Below, one piece after another: positions 15,912 to 19,061 of a stretch of DNA of 19,061 bases. Each line of letters opens with the position of its first letter. Position 1 is the first letter of the stretch. A program made the translations under genes and the position numbers. Source of the DNA: Thermovirgaceae bacterium. GTDB taxonomy: Bacteria; Synergistota; Synergistia; Synergistales; Thermovirgaceae. Under the pieces are notes generated by a model. That model saw only the letters and a list, made by a program, of their open reading frames with translations. It had not been told where the DNA came from and made no database searches. Where the stretch lies: assembly GCA_040767805.1 (NCBI GenBank), contig JAXGNU010000016.1:1-19061 (forward strand), read 5' to 3'.

Positions 15912-15958
15912 TCCCTACAGATCTGTATTGGGATCAACTATCGTCGATACTCTGGTGA
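15912..15958 (-). ncRNA. Candidate cis-regulatory leader of panB (tandem bulged hairpins, pan-motif-like)
   Basis: Minus strand hairpin 1: UCA-c-C-[AGAG]-UAUC-gac-GAUA-G-u-UGA. Directly followed by hairpin 2: UCCC-[AA]-UACA-gauc-UGUA-GGGA, which ends 32 nt before the panB ATG. Confidence 0.45.
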
Positions 15959-16015
15959 AATCCCTTCCGCTCCGTCGAGGGAAGCACTCCCCCACAACTC
16001 GGATCCCGGCACGGC

Positions 16016-16576
16016 TCAGATTGAAAAAAGAATCTTCATCCCGATGGCGATGAGGATCAGGCCACCCATTACCGCCGCCCTCCCCCCGGCCCTTCTTCCA
16101 ATCCGGTTCGCCAGGCTCATGCCGACGGCGACGATGGCGAAAGTCAGTACGCCTATCACGGTGGAAGTGAAAAGCGGGGCCAGGCCGAGGGGGGCGAAGC
16201 CCACCCCCGCCGCCAAAGCGTCCAGGCTCGTCCCAATGGCGAGAAGAATGAGCGGAAGGCCCCTGGTGGGGTCACCGGTGAAAAGACATCCTTCCCTTGG
16301 CTTCACCCCTTCGCAAATCATTTTTCCTCCCACGAAGACCAGCAGGCTGAAGGCGATCCATGGACCCGCGCCATTCGGCATGGAAAGGGCTTTCCCGGCG
16401 AAAACCCAGCCCGCAAGAGGCATGAGGGCCTGGAAGAGCCCGAAGGTGCCCGAGACCCTCATCACCGGCGCCGCCGAGAGATGGAACGGGGCACAGACCA
16501 CTATGGCTATCGAGACGGCCAGGGCATCCATGGCGAGGCCGAAGCCTAGAAAAGCGGAAACAGCCGGTTCCATCAT
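16016..16576 (-). CDS. mntP: Manganese efflux pump, MntP family
   Basis: 186 aa from ATG 16576 (GGGAG upstream; ATGA overlap with the upstream stop). Motifs GLAMDALAVS, FGLFQALMPLAGW, WIAF.LL..VGGKM, LAIGTSLDALAAG, GGLILIAIG. The track's 16810 start over-extends into the upstream gene. Confidence 0.9.
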   Translation of the reverse strand: MMEPAVSAFLGFGLAMDALAVSIAIVVCAPFHLSAAPVMRVSGTFGLFQALMPLAGWVFAGKALSMPNGAGPWIAFSLLVFVGGKMICEGVKPREGCLFTGDPTRGLPLILLAIGTSLDALAAGVGFAPLGLAPLFTSTVIGVLTFAIVAVGMSLANRIGRRAGGRAAVMGGLILIAIGMKILFSI

Positions 16577-17238
16577 TGATCGCGCTCCCGGAAAATATCC
16601 GGGAGTGACACTTCGGGGGGAGGCCCCAGGAGAGCGCGGGTGGCATCCAGTTCGAAGTCGAAGAGCATCTTGGAAATGGAAAGGCTGGTTATGTCGTCGG
16701 TCTCGAAGGGTATCGAGAAACGCCGGTAACCGAACTGTTCGGCAAAGAAAGAGCTGGAACCCTTGTCCGTCGCCGTGGCGGTCATGATCTCCTGCAGGGC
16801 CGTCAAACACTTGCTTTCATTCAGGAGAAGGCTGTCCCCTACCAGGACGATGACCTTGCACTCGTCCACGAGCATGAACCTGTCCCAGACACCGCACAGG
16901 GCCAGCCCGGCGCTCACGCCGGGGAAGACCTGGGCGAACAGCCCCAAGAGGGCCTCCATCATGGCGGAATAGCCGAAAATGAGCGAGAAGCCGCCGTCAG
17001 CATGACGGCGGCGCCCCGGGATCAAAAGGTTTTCTCGAAAGAGCGGCCCTACCTGCCCCGTCTCGGCGCTTTCCACGAAGAGGAGCTCGCTGTCCATCCC
17101 TAGGGCGAGGGACGCGATCTTCCCCAGCTGGTCACTGTGAAGAAGGTTGACCGAGACGGGGTTAAAGTCCTTCGCGTAAGGCGTCCATGGTGCTATGTCC
17201 AGGTCCATGTTCTGATCCCAGTAGGGAAGTATACCCAT
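16573..17238 (-). CDS. Hypothetical protein, no family recognised
   Basis: Fills the gap between TIGR02757 and mntP, and its stop overlaps the mntP start. Globular-looking composition. SD GGGAGG precedes ATG 17238; alternative start 17265. Confidence 0.75.
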   Translation of the reverse strand: MGILPYWDQNMDLDIAPWTPYAKDFNPVSVNLLHSDQLGKIASLALGMDSELLFVESAETGQVGPLFRENLLIPGRRRHADGGFSLIFGYSAMMEALLGLFAQVFPGVSAGLALCGVWDRFMLVDECKVIVLVGDSLLLNESKCLTALQEIMTATATDKGSSSFFAEQFGYRRFSIPFETDDITSLSISKMLFDFELDATRALLGPPPEVSLPDIFRERDQ

Positions 17239-17264
17239 GACTTTTTTATCCTCCCTGTTCCTCA

Positions 17265-17297
17265 TCGAGGATTATACCTCGACCGGCGCTATCGCAA
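17265..17297 (-). promoter_or_regulatory. Putative promoter for the hypothetical-mntP unit, with the -10 element inside an inverted repeat
   Basis: Minus strand TTGCGA (17297-17292), 15-nt spacer, TATAAT (17276-17271), flanked by TCGAGG/CCTCGA. The spacer is shorter than optimal. Confidence 0.5.
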
Positions 17298-18113
17298 GGG
17301 GTCCAGGAGATCCTTCATTTCCAGGTCGCCCCTGATGCCGAAACGGGTCAGGGTGAAATCATACCTGGCAGGGTCTTCGGGGCGGATGACCCTGAAGGCG
17401 CGGGTCACTTCGATCACGGCCTGTTGGTCGGCGTTTTTCCTTGACACGAGCCCCAGGCCTGAGCAGATCCTCTGCATATGGGTGTCCAGCGGTATCATAA
17501 GGTCCGCCGGGGCGATGCACTCCCACCCTCCGGGGTCGATGGAGTCCCGCCTGACCATCCACTTGAGGAAAAGGTGATACCTTTTGCAGGCGCTCCCCAA
17601 AGCGAGATCCGGTAAAAGGGTATTGTATCTACCCGCGGAAGAAGACCGGAGCGCCCCGCTGAGGGAAGCAAGCCCCCCCAAGGCTTTCTCGGCGGAACAA
17701 TGGATCCCTGAATCGAAAAGGTTCTCCAGGGAACCCCATTCCCTGAGGGCCTTCCTGACCGAGAAAAGGAGATCCGAGAGGTCCCGGGAGTCGGTGAAAC
17801 GGTGGCGGAAACCTTCGCAAACCTCTCTGATGGCCCTGTCATTCGACCCGAGAAGAAAGTCGCGCGGGCTGCCCTGCATTTTATCGAGGACCCTCCGCGC
17901 ACTTGTGACGATCTGCGATGCCCTCCCATAGGCCAGGCTTGACGCTATGACGCCAGCGACTTCCCTGTCGAGAGGATCGGTGAAGCCTCTCACCACGGAA
18001 ACAGGGTCCGGGTCGACGAACTCGGGCCTGTTGTAGCGCCGGTACAAATCCTCGAACCGCTCCGCAAGAAAGGCGAGCCTTTCGGGCGTGGCCCGGGTGG
18101 CCACGTCCTTCAT
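17289..18113 (-). CDS. TIGR02757 (DUF2400) family protein, putative HhH-GPD-like DNA repair protein
   Basis: Motifs DPDP, DREVAG...S.LAYG, SACKRYHLFLKWMVR.D..DPG.W, IPLDTH, PEDPARYDF.L. No clear SD. Confidence 0.88.
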   Translation of the reverse strand: MKDVATRATPERLAFLAERFEDLYRRYNRPEFVDPDPVSVVRGFTDPLDREVAGVIASSLAYGRASQIVTSARRVLDKMQGSPRDFLLGSNDRAIREVCEGFRHRFTDSRDLSDLLFSVRKALREWGSLENLFDSGIHCSAEKALGGLASLSGALRSSSAGRYNTLLPDLALGSACKRYHLFLKWMVRRDSIDPGGWECIAPADLMIPLDTHMQRICSGLGLVSRKNADQQAVIEVTRAFRVIRPEDPARYDFTLTRFGIRGDLEMKDLLDPLR

Positions 18114-18191
18114 GGTCGTTCTTTCATGGCACAGGTTTCACGAGAGGGCTGCCACATGACCCCAGGGCGGTCCATACCATGACCTTCCGCA

Positions 18192-18719
18192 TCAAGGCAT
18201 TTCGTTCAGGATGAAGGTCGGAGCGTTCCGAGGCGATCTCCCCTTCTTGATCTCTCGATAGTGAGCGTAGGTGAGAGGCCTCCCTTCACCAAGGCGACGG
18301 GAGAACAGGACCTCCCCGAAGAACAGGACGTGGGTGAAGATATCCACCTCCTTAACGACCCTCGCCTCCATGACGGCGAGAGAATGTTCGAGGACGAGGG
18401 GGGCTCCCGTCTTTCCCGTCTCGAAAGAGCACTTCTCGAACTTGTTGAAATCCCTGCCGCACTTGAAACCAAAATTGCCGATGAAGGTCATGGGAGTATC
18501 CTCCCCCAGGACCGAAACGCTGAAAACGCCGGAGTCTCTGATGCACTCGGTGGTCAAGTTTTCCTTGTGTAGGCAAGCGGCCAGGACAACGGGGTCCGAT
18601 GTGACCTGCATTACGGCGTTGGCCACTTGGCCGTTGAACTTGTCGCCCTTTTTTGAACAGACGATATAGAGTCCGTAGGAAAGGGTGTAAAGTGCCCTCT
18701 TGTCGATGGCGTCCTCCAT
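18192..18719 (-). CDS. Flavin reductase-like (FMN split-barrel) protein resembling the N-terminal domain of high-molecular-weight rubredoxin
   Basis: Motifs LSYGLYIV, NGQVANAVMQVTSDP, NLT, FGF..GRD..KF, TH.LF.GEV, PLTYAHY..IK.G.SP.NAPT. Start ATG 18719 with GGAGGAGG 9 nt upstream. Confidence 0.88.
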   Translation of the reverse strand: MEDAIDKRALYTLSYGLYIVCSKKGDKFNGQVANAVMQVTSDPVVLAACLHKENLTTECIRDSGVFSVSVLGEDTPMTFIGNFGFKCGRDFNKFEKCSFETGKTGAPLVLEHSLAVMEARVVKEVDIFTHVLFFGEVLFSRRLGEGRPLTYAHYREIKKGRSPRNAPTFILNEMP

Positions 18720-18789
18720 GAAGACCAGCCTCCTCCATTTTCGGTCACCCGTGGGGTGCCAGTGGTTCCTGGGGGAGTGCCGTTCCCCC

Positions 18790-18841
18790 AAAAAGTGGGA
18801 CGGGAGCCGCGCCCCCCAGCTTGAGGGGGGCGGTTCCCGTC
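18790..18841 (-). terminator. Long GC hairpin plus U-tract downstream of desulfoferrodoxin; possible terminator or attenuator
   Basis: Minus strand GACGGGA-a-CCG-CCCCCC-tcaagct-GGGGGG-cg-CGG-c-TCCCGTC, then CCACTTTTT. Confidence 0.55.
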
Positions 18842-18920
18842 GACAGTCATCTCATACTCGGCCATCGCCTGGTCGGCGATACCCTTTCACCGGCTCCGCC
18901 CTCTCACTGATGCCACTGCT

Positions 18921-19061
18921 TCAGCTCTTCCAAAGTCCGTGGATATTGCAGTATTCCCTGGCCGATACGTCTTCCCCGGCCTCAGCAAAGAACGCCTCCG
19001 GGGCGTCGCCAGGTTTCAGGAATTGCCTGCAGTTCTTCCCGTCGATGATCAGCTGGACCCA
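18921..19061 (-). CDS. dfx: Desulfoferrodoxin / superoxide reductase, C-terminal part (start lies outside the window)
   Basis: Not in the ORF track. Manual translation: [46 protein letters not shown]. Contains the SOR signature L.PG..PEA.F ... AREYCN.HGLW. Whether it is a 1Fe or 2Fe type cannot be seen. Confidence 0.92.
   Translation of the reverse strand, partial: WVQLIIDGKNCRQFLKPGDAPEAFFAEAGEDVSAREYCNIHGLWKS

Noticed and set aside
16577..16810. N-terminal extension of MntP in the ORF track (264 aa)
   Set aside because: It overlaps the upstream gene in another frame; MntP similarity, family length and the SD all point to ATG 16576.
18720..18791. N-terminal extension of the flavin reductase from TTG 18791
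   Set aside because: It runs through hairpins, and a strong GGAGGAGG SD supports ATG 18719.
18611..18865. 84-aa ORF starting MAEYEMTVDG, faintly like the start of a heavy-metal-associated domain
   Set aside because: No MxCxxC follows, the SD is poor, and it crosses the terminator-like stem and overlaps the flavin reductase out of frame.
1..19061. CRISPR arrays, tRNA/rRNA, IS elements, prophage or defence genes
   Set aside because: No regularly spaced repeats, RNA-gene signatures, or transposase, integrase or nuclease motifs were recognised by eye.

Overview
GC-rich bacterial chromosomal window with 18 protein-coding genes, two of them cut by the window edges. No rRNA, tRNA, CRISPR array or mobile element was recognised. 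The gene content (amino-acid catabolic enzymes, superoxide reductase, an AsmA-like envelope protein) suggests an anaerobic, diderm amino-acid fermenter; Synergistota-like is an inference only. Gene order: PII-like (partial) and DUF1538 membrane protein (-); class I PLP aminotransferase (+); D-2-hydroxyacid dehydrogenase (-); S41 peptidase and AsmA/TamB-like protein with a long Pro/Glu tail (+); PflX-type radical SAM and stand-alone C39 peptidase (-); AlkD-like glycosylase (+); ornithine cyclodeaminase-family enzyme and RpiR regulator (-); DUF4282 (+); then a minus-strand run of panB, mntP, a hypothetical gene, TIGR02757, a flavin reductase and desulfoferrodoxin (partial). Best leads: tandem bulged hairpins in the panB leader (pan-motif-like RNA), a C39 peptidase/radical SAM operon under a PerR/Fur-like 7-1-7 box, the DUF1538/PII-like coupled pair, an unknown gene coupled to mntP within an oxidative-stress run, and the S41/AsmA-tail pairing. 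All family calls are from motif recognition by eye; no database searches were run.
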